Below are positions 41,531 through 55,420 of a stretch of DNA of 64,000 nt, piece by piece. The position numbers and the translations under genes were made by a program. The stretch lies in assembly GCA_951406725.2 (NCBI GenBank), contig OX597817.1, positions 1,240,001-1,304,000 on the forward strand. The letters run 5' to 3'. This DNA comes from Octopus vulgaris. Taxonomy: Eukaryota. The stretch's first letter is position 1. The number at the start of each line of letters is the position of its first letter. The notes beneath the pieces were generated by a model. That model was given only the letters and a program-made list of their open reading frames with translations, was not told the DNA's origin and did not search any database.

Positions 41531-42194
41531 AACGATGCGTAGGCATGCGCAGAGGATGCGATACCTCAATGTTACCTTTACGGTGATAACAGGAACTATC
41601 TAAGCATTTACTTGTTGTTTTAGTGTGGCTATATTACTTGTGGTTGTTATTGTGATGCAAGGTGTACGGTTGTGTGTGTGTGTGTGGGGGGTTGTTATTT
41701 TGTTGGTGGTGATAGTATTTAACTCTATAGAGTGTTTTATGTTTTCTTTTACGGGTTATTTGATAGCATTGTTGAGGTGATAATGTCCTAGTTGATATGT
41801 AGCTTCAGGTAAGCTCTATCTGCGTACATATGAAAGGCAGGTGCAGACCTGGGGGGGGGGCGGTCTGTTATGCCATACAAACCACTTAGCTTAAGATCAT
41901 AAAACACTCTTCGATATGCAGTGATGTAGGAGTACAACGTGGCCGTAGATATCATCTAATCTCTCCATTGTCTTCTATTTCTGTACGCGTCTAGATTTTG
42001 GTGGTGACCATAACGAGTTTCGTCAAAATGGGTTCGATCAAACTATCTCAGTGGTGTTGTTGTTAGTAGTAGTATTTTTCAGTTCTATATTAAAGAGATG
42101 AAGAATTATGTACATTATTTACATTATTTACCTTATTTACCTTATTTACATTATTTACATTCGACGGATATTTGTCTTCATCTCGTTTGTTGTT

Positions 42195-42240
42195 AACACA
42201 ACGTTTCGGCTGATATACCCTCCAGCCTTCTTCAGGTGTC
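42195..42240 (-). ncRNA. Minimal type-I hammerhead ribozyme motif
   Basis: Reverse complement is identical to 3421-3466. Confidence 0.75.
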
Positions 42241-42286
42241 TTCGGGAAATTTCGAACCTGGGTTCTCATTCCTAAGGTATTTTCGA

Positions 42287-42340
<54 letters not shown>

Positions 42341-42441
42341 GATTATTATTATTATTATTATTATTATTGTTCAGGTCACTGCTTGGAATCGAACTCGGAA
42401 TCTTGGGGTTAGTAGCCCAAGTGACCTGAACAATAATAATG

Positions 42442-42615
<174 letters not shown>

Positions 42616-43944
42616 GGGATAAATGAAGACTCTGGTATTCAGCATGCAAGCATGAAAGAGAAAATCAGGAAGGAATGTTATAGGAGAGTTCGTGCAGTCC
42701 TGAAATCTGAACTAAATGCACGTAACAAGGTGTTAGCTATAAATTCCTTAGCAGTTCCAGTTGTTACTTATAGCTACAATGTGTTGAACTAGAATATGAG
42801 TGAAGTAAAGAATATAGATAGAAAAATACGCAAGCTGCTGAGTTGTAATAGGATGCACCACCCAAAGGCAGACGTAGATCGCCTTTACCTTCCCAGAGCC
42901 CAAGGAGGTCGAGGCCTGATCCAATTTGAACTAGCTTACAAAACAACCACAATTGGACTGGCCAAATATCTCGAAATATCGAATGACTGGATGCTAAAGC
43001 TCGTGGAAAATCACGAGAGACGAAAGAAGCTTCATTCTATCATAAAGGAAAGCAAAAGATTTGCTATTGATCTCGTGCAGGATACCCAAACTGAACAACC
43101 CGAGGGAAGTACGGCAACTATTGTTGCAAAGAAGGTGAAAATGATGGCAATAAAAAAAGCGCACGAGCAATTGGCTGATAGATGGGAGGAGAAACCTCTG
43201 CACGGCAAATATGTGACCCGCAGCAAACAAGCTGATGTTGACCAGAAGCAAACCCATCAGTGGCTACGGAGCTCAGGGCTAAAAGCAGAGAGCGAAGGTT
43301 TCATCCTGGCTGCTCAAGATCAAAGCCTATTAACCCGGAACTACCAGGCCAATGTGATGAATAATGGAGCAGACCCAAAATGCCGATTCTGCAACATGAT
43401 TGAAACAGTGGACCACCTAATCTCTGGATGTAAAGTCTTAGCACCAGTGGAGTATAAATTAAGACATGACAGAGTTGGCCAATATCTCCACTGGCTAATA
43501 AGTCGGCATTACAATATCAAAACTGCCGACAAGTGGTATAATCACCACCCTGAGGCTGTAACTGAAGGAGAAAATGTAACCATTCTGTGGGACTTTCCAG
43601 TACATACAGACCGAACCATCAAGGCCAATAAACCAGATATTGTTGTGAAAGACCAAAACAATAAAGTTTGCTTATTGATCGACATGAGCATCCCCTGTGA
43701 TCATAATATCTCAGCGAAAGAGTTTGACAAGCTCAGAAAATATAAAGACCTACTCATTGAAATTGAGAAAATGTGGCATCTCAAGGCGGTTACAATACCA
43801 GTGATCGTAGGAGCACTAGGAATGATCAAGAAGGGAACCGAAAATTATATGAGAATGATCCCTGGCTTACCATCCCTGCAAGAAGTGCAAAAGATTGTCT
43901 TAACTGGTACATCACACGTATTGAGAAGAGCATTGTCGATGTGA
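42616..43944 (+). pseudogene. R4/Dong ORF C-terminal part (thumb, CCHC knuckle, restriction-like endonuclease), one in-frame TAG at 42790-42792
   Basis: RLYLPRAQGGRGL, KPLHGKY, AAQDQSLLTRNY, CRFC..ETVDHLISGC, RHD, ANKPDIVV..IDMSIP..KLRKY. Confidence 0.9.
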
Positions 43945-44121
43945 GAACTGTTGCTGCTCATGTATTTTAATTTAACTTTAAAAAAATAAATTGAAAAAAA
44001 ATGAACGAACTAGTGAGTTTGGTTTAATGGCCTACCAATGTTTACTATGAGTTTCTTTGCCCTAGGAGTCGGGAAGACACTCGGCAAGAAATGGAAGCAA
44101 ATTTGAAAGAAGAAAAAAAGC

Positions 44122-44122
<1 letters not shown>
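42616..44122 (+). mobile_element. R4/Dong-clade non-LTR retrotransposon, 5'-truncated, inserted in (TAA)n
   Basis: RT C-terminus through REL endonuclease plus ~180-bp 3' UTR; (TAA)n on both sides. Confidence 0.9.
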
Positions 44123-44187
<65 letters not shown>

Positions 44188-44234
44188 TCGAAAAATACCT
44201 TAGAAATGAGAACCCAGGTTCGAAATTTCCCCAA

Positions 44235-44279
44235 GACACCTGAAGAAGGCTGGAAGGTATATCAGCCGAACGCTGTGTT
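44235..44279 (+). ncRNA. Hammerhead motif, mutated (GAACGCT in place of GAAACGTT); probably inactive
   Basis: GACAC-CTGAAGA-AGGCTG..CAGCC-GAACGCT-GTGTT. Confidence 0.5.
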
Positions 44280-44769
44280 AACAACAAACAAGATGAGGAG
44301 AAATATACGTCGAATGTAAATAATGTAAACAAGTATTATTTTTGTTCTTGTTGTTGGTTATGGTGGTGGTGATGATCATAGTGTTTAATCGAGCAGACTT
44401 ATGATCAAAGACGCGCCAGTAACGAACATTTGATCACATCGAGGACTCCATTTGCCACTGTATTGCTTATTGAAGACATTAGGGTGTGATTAGCACTTGC
44501 CTGCTATTTCTATCTGGTAGAGCGGCCGCATAGAAGATCTCGCACTGGTTGGATAGTTGTGTTGTTGTTTAGTTCCAGGTTAGCAGTAAAAGACCAAAGA
44601 CGTTCCAACCGTGCCTGCTCCGTCTTCTTGTGCATCTCAGACTCATACACAGTGGTGCCATTTTCTCAATGATTCCCGAGTTGTATGTACTTTGAAGGAA
44701 ATTAATTGCCATTTCCAGCAGATAAAACGACTATGTACCGGCTCCATCGCTTGCCCTTTGTTGTTGTTT

Positions 44770-45060
44770 GTTCCTTCTCGAGCCACGCCTGGCTCATAAG
44801 GGCCGGTTTCCCGGTTACCTTGGCGTATAGGTTCCCCACCTGGACGGGACGCCGGTCCGTCGCAGGTGAGCTGCAGGAGGAAAGAGTGAGAGAAAGTTGT
44901 GGCGAAAGAGTCAGCAGAAGTTCGCCATTACCATCTGCCGGAGCCGCGAGGAGCTTAGGTGTTTTCGCTCATAAACACACACATCACCCGGTCTGAGATT
45001 CGAACCCGTGATCCCTCGACTGCGAGTCCGCTGCTCTAACCACTAGGCCATGTGCCTCCA
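44770..45060 (-). mobile_element. SINE family B
   Basis: Minus strand GGAGGCACATGGCCTAGTGGTTAGAGCAGCGGACTCGCAGTCGAGGGATCACGGGTTCGAATCTC. Confidence 0.85.
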
Positions 45061-45084
45061 CCGCTTGCCCTTAGTAAACAGTGT

Positions 45085-45940
45085 CGTAGATGGTGGTGGT
45101 GGAGGCAGGGTTTTTAATGGCGGTGTTAAGTGAAAACGAAGGGGATGGTGGTGGTGGTACTTTTCGTTAGAGATGTTGGTGGTGTTGTTGTTGATGGTAT
45201 CGCTATTCGTAGTGGCAGTGGCAGTGGTGTTAATAGTGATGATAGCGGTGCTGGAGGTGGTGTTACCTGTGGAGGTAGTGAATGTAATAGCAATGATGAT
45301 GGGTAACTTAGGGTCCCTGGTGGTGGTGGTGGTGGAGGTGGAGATGGTGATTTTCCTACTCGTGGTGGAGGTTGTGTTTTTTTTAAGCGATATTAACGTT
45401 GATGGCTGCAGTCGAGCTATTGTTTGTTGTTATTGTTGCACTTATTGTTGTTTTGGTCGTGGTGGGGGTGGGGGTGGGGCGTTGTATTTAATGGGGCGAG
45501 TGACCTCTGTGTTGACGAGGAAGATATTCATGGTAATGTTGGTAATGCTCGGGATGATGGTGGCGATGCTGAAGTTGTTAAAGCGACAATGGTAGTAATA
45601 GTGGTGGTGGTGGTAGTAGTAGTTGCGGTGATAGTAGTGGTGGTAGTGGCGATTGTGACTGGCGGTGGTGGTGATGGTGATGGTGATGGAGGTGGTGATG
45701 GTGAGAGTGGTAGTGGTGGCGATGAGATTGTTGGTGGTAGTGATGGTGGTGGTGGTGGTGGTGGTGGTGGTGGTGGTGATGGTTGTAGTTGTGTTGGTGG
45801 TGGTGGCGGCGGTGGTAATGATCGTCGTGGTGATCGTGTAACTGGTGGTGGTGGTGGTAGTGGTGGTGGTGGTGGTGGTGGTGGTGGTGGTGGTGGTGGT
45901 GTGGTGATAGCAGTATTAGAGCCTGGAAGTGGTGGTGGAT
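45085..45940. repeat. (GGT)n/(GAT)n low-complexity tract
   Basis: Trinucleotide repeats giving poly-G/V/P/H pseudo-ORFs in several frames. Confidence 0.85.
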
Positions 45941-46309
45941 AAAAAAAAAGGTAGAAGCAAAATGATCCATCATATCGTGTGTAGAGGGAAAACAAACAAA
46001 GACAAAAAAAAATAGAAAAGAAAACAAAACATAATTTTCGTGTTGCGTGGATATGATTTAGAAATACCAGTTTCCAGGCAGTTTCATATCAGAGTGGGAC
46101 ATTGAACACCGTACGCAAACAGCTAACCTCACACTTATACAATCATCTACACAAGCCACACGAGCTCTCTTCCCAATATATATACTCTGCCACATACATT
46201 CTCTGAAAGCAAACTGTCTCACCCGTTGATCCACATCTCCAAAAACAACATTTACATATACACATGCAATAACCTCCGCATATGAATATATTAGTAACAC
46301 ACGAATATA

Positions 46310-46691
46310 TACAAATACATACATACACAAATACACACACATTTATGTACACACACATACACACACACACACACACACATATGTATATATATATATACAT
46401 GTACACACACGCTTATGTATATACGCATGCACACGCACGTACATATATGTATGTATAAGTATGGGTGTGTGGGTGTATATGTATGTATGTTTATGTAAGT
46501 GTACATCTATTTTCATACATAAATTATGAATAATTTATTTAGCGTGGGCATATAATGCTTATATATATATCACAATATATGCATATGCATATGCATATGT
46601 ACGCATGTATGTATGTATCTGTGTATGTGTGCTTGTATGTATATATATATATGTATATATATATATATGTATATATATGTATATACATACA

Positions 46692-46733
<42 letters not shown>

Positions 46734-47451
46734 AAGATATATATATACAGACATACATACTTACACACACACACACATATATATATCTACATCTGCACAA
46801 ACACATACATGCATACATATATACATCTGTATGTATACACAAACACACACACACACACATATATCTGTATCTGTACATATATATATATTTATATTGATAT
46901 ATATGTGTGTGTGCGTATGTGTTTGTGTGTGTCTATGGGCGTGTATTTATATGTATGTGCAGATATATTCATACATATATCTTTATTAAGGAAAAATGCA
47001 TTCTAATTCATGCGCATACGCATATATATATATATATATATATGCATGCTCGCGTGTGTTGGTATAAGTACAAATACGTACATATATGCATAGATACACA
47101 CCTATGCGCATCTCAGTGACATAGAAGGGATAATAACTGCATATGTGAGTGTATAAAAAGGTATGTATACAGATGCATGCATATGCATCGAATTATGGAT
47201 AAAATTTGATTTCCGTGCTAACACAATACATTTCTATGACTGTTAAAAAAGCAAATGATAATAATAATAATGATAATAATAATAATAATAATAACAACAA
47301 CAACATGAATAATAATAAGGACGATGATAATAATGGTTTATATATTTGAAAATTAAAAAAAGAATGTGATTGTAAATAAATTATAGGAAACTAATGAATT
47401 ATACACCAGTAAAGCATAAAAATGAATTTAAAAAATCCAATATATCGAAGC

Positions 47452-47505
<54 letters not shown>
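46310..47505. repeat. Degenerate (TA)/(CA)/(AAT) microsatellite region
   Basis: Read directly. Confidence 0.9.
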
Positions 47506-47779
47506 TTTAGGGAGGAGGTACAGAGTGTAAGGGGAGATTATAAAGTTATTCTTGGTAAGAAGGCAGGATTATCAAAATGACTGTAGTTGCCACACTATTT
47601 AAAGCCAAGTCTGAGTCAAGAAAATCTGCAACTCGCGGTTTTGAATATAAATTCTCCATTTTCATATCTAATATTCTTTATAGCCTCGACGAAGCTGAGT
47701 TATTTTTATATTCGTGATAGATTTGACAGTCGTCGAGATTTATTGACTGAACCTAAACGTTTAGTAGATGATACTGACT

Positions 47780-47990
47780 TCTCATTAAGGTACAAAGCCA
47801 GCAATTTTGAGGGGTGGGGCTAAGTAGATGTCATCAAGCTCAATACTTGATGGATACATTAAGAGTGCAAAAAAGACGAAAGGTAAAAAATGACTTCGGT
47901 GCGATTTGAACTCAGAACGTAAAGAGTCAACGGAAATATTGCTAGCGCTTGTTTCCAGAGCTTTAACGATTCTGCCAACTCACTTTACTG
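47780..47990 (-). mobile_element. SINE family A, degenerate copy
   Basis: AAGGTACAAAGCCAGCAATTTTG..GATTTGAACTCAGAACGTAAAGA..TAACGATTCTGCCAACTC. Confidence 0.7.
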
Positions 47991-48655
47991 AATAATAGTC
48001 AGCTTATATATTTTATAACCGAGCTCAAGGACGAGTTCTGGAAAAGGTAAACATCGTTGATTGAAATATCTCAGGAAATTATTTTTCTAATGTTGAAAGA
48101 GAAAACAGGATTATTTTTATATATTAAAGATAATCGTTATTTGTGAATCTGTGTGGGAAGCGAGGTGGTAGAATCTTAAGAGTGCCGTAGGAATTGTTTT
48201 TATGGTATTTATTCGGGCTCTTCACATTCTGAGTTCCAATCCCGCTGAAGTCAATCTTGCCTTTCAACTTTTCGGAGTCCATCAAATAAAATATTAGTTA
48301 AAATGATATTTTCGGTTTTTGCCTTCAATGAACACAAACCGCCTTGGCGACGTTCTCATGTCCGTTTCTGAACTAGAGAACGATACACACAGCCTTTGAA
48401 CTTCTTTCTTTCTTTCTTCTGATTTTTGCATTAGTTCTTTATCCACGCAAAAAAGAAAATGGAAAACAAACAAAAATTAAAGAAAAACAATATCGTTAAA
48501 TTTTCTTCCTCAATTTGAAACTCCTGCATCCCTGTACCTTCACCTCTAAACAGGTTGTCGGCTTTCAACCAGAAGGGACGTCAATATTCTCTTGTAGTAT
48601 TATTCGGAATGAAACCAGCGTTAACGTTCTGATAGAGGCACTATCTATCTGTCTG

Positions 48656-48730
<75 letters not shown>

Positions 48731-49329
48731 GTCTGTCTGTCTGTCTATCTATCTATATATCTCTTTTTTTTCTTTTTTACTTTTCGCTTCTTATCTTTTC
48801 TTTACTTTTATAAGTTCCAGTCAATTTGCAGTGAATATGCTAGTGTCATCAACCTCAATGCCGACTTCATCTTGTGCCTAACATCCATTCCATGAGGTAG
48901 TCTGATGCCATCAACCTATATTGTCATTTCTTGCTGTAATGTGTAGATTTAACCTTGATCATACAGAACAGAATGTTGCCAGCGTGGATCTTGTGCATTG
49001 TCATTTACTCAAATACGTATGCAGCCATGTTTAAAAGGAAGTTCATAAGCACAGACGCTTTACTGAAACACTCACATACAAACATATAGGCATTCACACA
49101 AATATACAGAATCACAACAAACTGTCTCATCCATACTCATATGTTATGATATGGAAATTCCATTTCTCCTTTATCATAACTATCCCGCCCACGCTGCCAC
49201 CCGTTGCCATCTGCATGCCGAAGAAGCAGTTTCTTAAATCAAATGAAATCTTTACTCTGTTATAAACACATCAAGGAAGGACATCCTAGAAGATAACACA
49301 TTTATTGATTTATGACAGAGTTAGTTTAT

Positions 49330-49347
49330 GCATGTATGTATGTTTGC

Positions 49348-49426
<79 letters not shown>

Positions 49427-49940
49427 TATATATATATATAATATACATATATACATATATATATACATATATATATATACATATACATATATATATATGT
49501 ATATATAATATATATATATATATATATACATGCACAAACCGTCTAAACATATATGCATGTGAAGATATACTGCCATTCATATATGTTCATATGACATGTG
49601 TGTATTCAGGTATACACACACACAAATATATATATGTATATATACACACATATGCATACACATACATATACAATATAGATGAAAGCATGCTTCCACACAT
49701 GGGTGTGTACAAGTGTGCATTCATGTATGTGTGTTTCCCCATTGGTTTCGTCGTCATCATCAATACTATGTCTTCGTCCTGCTCCCCACTAATCTCAGCT
49801 TCCACTTCATTATCATCATGGTCGTCATCATGATCATCATCATCATTCACATCATGATCATCATTATGATCATTGTCGACATCATTATCACTTATAATTA
49901 TGATTTTCATATATTGAAAATTTATTCATTCATAAATTTA

Positions 49941-50000
<60 letters not shown>

Positions 50001-50071
50001 CTCTCTTTTCTCTCACACACACATACATACGCATAAATGCATCCATACATACGTGCATTCTTACGTACCTG

Positions 50072-50151
<80 letters not shown>

Positions 50152-51098
50152 AATACATGAAAGTGCATATACACATGCATATACATGTATACATATTATT
50201 GCATGCAAATATTCATACACATATACAAAAATGCATACAAATATCGACAACAGTACGCATACTTCTCTACATATATACACCGACAGAATAAGCATGATTA
50301 TACAGATACGCATGTATATTTTTACGTAAATCCGTATACAAACATACACATCCATCCATCCATCCACACATACATACATACATACATACATACATACATA
50401 CATACATACATACATACACGCGTAAACATATATATGTATTCATAAATAATTACATACATAGATGCACACACATTAATGCATAAATATCTATATGTCTAGA
50501 TTCACATACATTCGACTATATATACATACACGCATAGAAATATAGATGCACACACACACACATACATACAGACACACGTATATATACATATGCATATACA
50601 AACATAGATGTATGCATACATAGAAGCATACATTCATATATGCATGCATACATGCATACATACATATCTACACACACACCGTACGAACATAAAAAACGTA
50701 CATACATACAAAAATACTTATATGCATAATGTTATATGAATACATATAGATAAAAGTGAAGATAGGAGAACCTGAATATTTTGAAAAAATCCATGGTAAA
50801 TGACAAAAACCAAATAAAATATTATTGAATATATAAACCCCTCAGTTGGTAATTGCTTGATATATGCAGTATAATTATAAAGTATCTATAATAAATAATG
50901 ATACGAAAAAAATATGTATTCGCAAGAGAATAAAACAAAAATAAAATATTGATATTTAGAAAAAAAAATTTGAATACAATCTAAAATATATAAAAAATAT
51001 TATTAAATATTTATTAGGAAAATAAAAATAATGTATGAATTCATTAATAAGTAAATTCATTCATAAGTATATAATGCATGCGCAGGTGGGGTGCGCAC

Positions 51099-51129
<31 letters not shown>

Positions 51130-51195
51130 TGTATGTATGTATGCATGCATGCATGTATGTATGTATGTATGTATGTATGTATGTATGTATGTATG

Positions 51196-51231
<36 letters not shown>

Positions 51232-51560
51232 TGTATGTATGTATGTATGTATGTGTGTATGTATGTATGTATGTATGTATGTATGTATGTATGTATGTGT
51301 ATGTATGTATGTATGTATGTATGTATGTATGTATGTATGTATGTATGTATGTATGTATGTATGTATGTATGTATGTATGTATGTATGTATATATATGTAT
51401 GTGTGTATGTATGTATGTATGTATGTATGTATGTATGTATATATATGTATGTGTGTATGTATGTATGTAGGTAGGTAGGTAGTTAGGTAGTTAGGTAGGA
51501 AGCTAGGTAGGTTGGTAGGTTGGTAGGTTGGTAGGTTGGTAGGTTGGTAGGTTGGTAGGT
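49330..51560. repeat. Compound (TA)n, (CA)n, (ATGT)n, (GTAG/GTTG)n microsatellites
   Basis: Read directly. Confidence 0.9.
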
Positions 51561-52034
51561 ATGTGTGCATGTATTCACATATGATTGAATATATTTCCAC
51601 ACATACAGTTTTATACATATTAGCGATGTATTTATTGATTCATAGATTTATTATTCCATACTTGTAAGCGTGTTTCACTCTATGATTCCATGTCTAAAAG
51701 AGAGAAAGTAAGATACTCAACAAGGTGAGGTTTTATCACATTTGTTCCTCCAAGTTTCTCTATTACTCGGAGTAACGAGAAACTTAGACCGATGAGAACA
51801 ACTCATAGAAAGTAAGAAAGTAGCAAACTAAGTGAAGCCTAGGCATCGGATAAATGAATATATGTAAAAACTGAACAAAATACAAATCTTTTCTCGGTCC
51901 GCAAATAAGAACTTAATCCAAAATGACAGTAACTCTTCTCCCAATCAGAAAGCATACACTTGAAACTTTGCACTTCACCAGCACACACACACACACACAG
52001 ACACCCCCCCACACACACACACAAAGGAGGCACT

Positions 52035-52542
52035 GAGTTCTCGGTTTTGTATTCAGGGCGGTTGCAGCCCCTATCAGAGTATATTTTATGTGCCTTATAA
52101 CAGTATTGGAACATTTTAGCACCTATTTCTAGCAATGTAGGTGTTATTCGCACACTTAGTTAGGTTTAGTTGGCGACTATAATTTACCTTTACGGTATAA
52201 TATTGCAAACCACAGTTCTTATTAATTTTTTGTATACACATTAACGATCTGCTAAACGATCCATATATAACTATCATCAATATATATACTCTGATACGCG
52301 AGGTAGCCCGAAATCAACCGAACGAGCTAACCTTACTGATGATGGCGACGGAAATAGCCGAAACTGGTCGGACAGTCTCAGGAATTCTCGGTTCGGGGTT
52401 TGGGGTGATTGCGACTCATATCAGAGAATGTGTTATGTGCTTTATTTGAGCATTTTAGCTCCTATTTCTAGCGAAGTAGGTGTTATTCACACCTTTAGTA
52501 AAGTTCCTGACGACTATTTTTTTTCCTTTACGGTATAATATT
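52035..52542 (+). mobile_element. Retrozyme-like / Penelope-pLTR-like unit: diverged ~165-bp direct repeats (period ~345 bp) enclosing a hammerhead
   Basis: 52035-52204 resembles 52382-52542 (TTCTCGGTT..TATCAGAG..CATTTTAGC.CCTATTTCTAGC..GTAGGTGTTATTC..CCTTTACGGTATAATATT). Confidence 0.6.
52331..52372 (+). ncRNA. Minimal hammerhead ribozyme motif
   Basis: CTGATGA-t-GGC(gacggaaata)GCC-GAAAC-TG-GTC: canonical core and GUC triplet; stem I is weak. Confidence 0.6.
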
Positions 52543-52544
52543 AT

Positions 52545-52756
52545 TTTCTATTCCAGGCACAAGGCTCGAAATATTTGGGAAGGGGCCAGTCGATTATATC
52601 GACCCCAGTACACAACTGGTACTTAATTTATCGAACCCCGAAATGATGAAAGGTAAAGTCGACCTCGGCAGAATTTGAACTCAGAAGGTAAAGACAGACG
52701 AAATACTGTTATGCATTTCGCCTGGCGTGTTAACGCGTTTGCCAGCTTGTCGCCTT
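52545..52756 (-). mobile_element. SINE family A
   Basis: ATCGACCCCAGTACACAACTGGTACTTAATTTATCG..GTCGACCTCGGCAGAATTTGAACTCAG..GCCAGCTTGTCGCCTT. Confidence 0.85.
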
Positions 52757-52792
52757 CTTTACGTATGATATTGGAAACAGCTGCTATTAATT

Positions 52793-52864
<72 letters not shown>

Positions 52865-52866
<2 letters not shown>

Positions 52867-53061
52867 ATTAATAATTAAGGGTACTACATATAGTACCAGC
52901 ACGCTAAAAATAGAAGTCAGTAGGCGACTACAATCACAAATTTTCTCTGGTGCACATTAATTGAATAATGTTTATCAGTGAAAATTTGTGGTTGCAGTTG
53001 CCTTCTGACTGCTCTTTTTAGCGTGCTGGTGCTATTTGTAGCACTCTTAATTATTAATTAA
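52865..53061. repeat. ~195-bp imperfect hairpin (arms ~90 bp, loop <10 nt)
   Basis: TTAATAATTAAGGGTACTACATATAGTACCAGCACGCTAAAAATAGAAGTCAG..CACAAATTTTC pairs with GAAAATTTGTG..CTGACTGCTCTTTTTAGCGTGCTGGTGCTATTTGTAGCACTCTTAATTATTAA. Confidence 0.85.
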
Positions 53062-53190
53062 TAAATTTTCTCCTTATGGTTTTTTTACGCATGCTAAGCC
53101 ATTTGATATTATTGTAAACAATAATATCCTTGTATGTATATAATAATAAAAATAATGATGATGATGATAATAATAATGATGATGATGATG

Positions 53191-53250
<60 letters not shown>

Positions 53251-54059
53251 GGAAAGTTTGCGCGTTTGTGAATTTGTTATTTCTCCGAGTCTGTCCAACA
53301 GACCTTGATGAAATTTGACACGTCTGTGAGGCTTATGTCCATGCGGTGACTTACGCATTTGGAATTTTTAATAAGTCGATTTGTAATCAGTATCGATCTT
53401 TCAAAAATCGTAAAATTTCGGCATTATTCGCACTTGCCATCGTGACATCAATTTGACGAAAAATGTTTCATGGGTATAATAAACAGACAGCTTATTAACG
53501 GTAATCTGTTTAGCATTTGCGAATTCTTCCTTTCAATGCGAATTGTTTTGATTTGCTAAAGCTTATTATTTCAATTCGTTGTTTTAATTCCCCACCGATT
53601 CAGGTCTTGAGTAGGTAAGACCATTTTATTTCTTGAAAAAAATTTAGGCATTTTGCGCACTAGCTGTCGTGATATCGATTTGACGAAATCTGTCTCAAAG
53701 CATAAAATTTCGCCATTTTACATACATACATACATACACACACACATACACACACACACACAGATATAGACAAGAAAGATTACAAAGTCGTGGCCAACTG
53801 GAAATACAGCTCTGTATTTAAGAGATGAGGAATTATGTACATTGTTTACAGTTGACGGATATTTGTCATCTTGTTTGTTGTTAACACAACGTTTTGGCTG
53901 ATATACCCTTCATCATGAGGTATTTTTCGATGTTATGGAATTGAGCTCGGAATCTTGGGGTTAATAGCCCGCGCTCTTAACCACTACGCCATATGCTCGT
54001 GGGCAATTATGGAGTGAATTTTGGGGTTTATAAATCTAATATTTTCTATTCTTCCGTAA

Positions 54060-55078
54060 TACCGTTTCCCATATGCTATTCATATCTGCACTTGGTCTGC
54101 TTAGGTGATTGTGTCCTAGCATATGTGCTGCTTCTTTTAGTTTTCGTATTTTCCAGTGGTGTTCTCTGTCTATTATTTTACCTTCATCCCACTGGGGGAG
54201 GTGTCTCTATTTTTCCATACATGGTCAGCGATATCTGATTCATCAATATCTCCTCGTGTCACAGCTTTGTGATGTTCGTCTACCCTTATTTTGAAGGGGC
54301 AGCATGTTTCGCCTTTGTATAACCTACAACGGCTGCATGGGTTGGTGTACATGCAGTCTTTGATCATATTCTTTTTCATTGGTGGTTTTACTCGAAGGAG
54401 ATATTTGCGAAGTGTTGTATTACTCCTGAATTCTGTCCTGATGTCACATGGGCCGCACATCTTTTGTATCTTTTCGGAGAGGCCTTTCACATAGGGTAGA
54501 CAGACTGTGGACAATTTATTGGTTTCATCCTCGCTTTTCTTCATAATTAGAGTGGATAGTATATTTTGGGGATAGTTGTTGCTTAATAGATTGTTATTGA
54601 GCTTGATCATTTCTTCGTGGTGTGTATCACGATCGCTATTTATATTATTTGCTCGATGTTCTAGGCACTGATCAATCCCTCGCTTTATACTGTATGGATA
54701 GTGGGAATTGCAGTTGCGGTATCGTCCATTGAAGGTCTGCTTGCGGTATACGGATGTCCTGAATCCATACTTGGTGCGTGTTATTAATACGTCCAGGAAT
54801 GCTAGCTAATTGTCTTTTTCCTTTTCCATTGTGAACTGTATGGATGGCTTTATTGAGTTCACATGATCTAACAGCACTTGGACATCTTCCTGGTGGGGCC
54901 AGAGTATAAAGGTGTCATCAACATATCGCAGCCATACGGTTGGTTTTAGTGGTGTTGATCCTAAAGCCAAATTCTCAAAGTATTCCATATATATATTGGC
55001 TATTATCGGTGATAATGGCGAGCCCATAGCTAAACCGTCCTCTTGTCGATATATATCGGTGTCCATACGGAAGTAGCT
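54060..55078 (-). pseudogene. Penelope RT + GIY-YIG pseudogene
   Basis: YRQEDGLAMGSPLSPIIANIYMEYFE..WLRYVDDTF..IQFTMEKE*LAFLDVLI..VYRK..LPYVKGLSEKI..CMYTNPCSRCRLYKGET..RVDEH..IADHVW; in-frame stop and frameshift. Confidence 0.9.
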
Positions 55079-55131
55079 AGTTTATAAGTTTTAGATTTAT
55101 AAGCCCTGAAATTCACTCCATAATTGCCCAC

Positions 55132-55195
55132 GGGCATATGGCGTTGTGGTTAAGAGCGCGGACTACTAACCCCAAGATTCCAGGTAGTGACCTGC
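55132..55195 (+). promoter_or_regulatory. tRNA-derived Pol III-type head inside the Penelope terminal repeat (B box deleted in this copy; B box intact at ~42385-42400 on -)
   Basis: GGGCATATGGCGTTGTGGTTAAGAGCGCGGACTACTAACCCCAAGATTCC..AGTGACC; consensus across copies TGGCGTAGTGG..GAGTTCGATTCC. Confidence 0.65.
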
Positions 55196-55201
55196 ATAAT
55201 G

Positions 55202-55232
<31 letters not shown>

Positions 55233-55245
55233 CAACAACAACAGC

Positions 55246-55325
<80 letters not shown>

Positions 55326-55375
55326 CATCAAAGAATACATTTAGGAATGAGGACCCAGGTTCAAAATTTCCCCAA

Positions 55376-55420
55376 GACATCTGATGATGGCTGGAGGGTA
55401 TATCAGCCGAAACGTTGTGC
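55376..55420 (+). ncRNA. Minimal type-I hammerhead ribozyme motif with canonical CUGAUGA
   Basis: GACAT-CTGATGA-t-GGCTG(gagggtatat)CAGCC-GAAA-CGTT-GTGC. Confidence 0.7.

Noticed and set aside
45173-46027. Gly-rich, Pro-rich (extensin-like) and His-rich ORFs
   Set aside because: (GGT)n low-complexity DNA open in multiple frames on both strands, with no domain or splice evidence.
53250-53720. Element with ~225-bp internal repeat, possibly Helitron/Helentron-like (also 60240-60500)
   Set aside because: Repeat-like, but termini and class could not be supported by eye.
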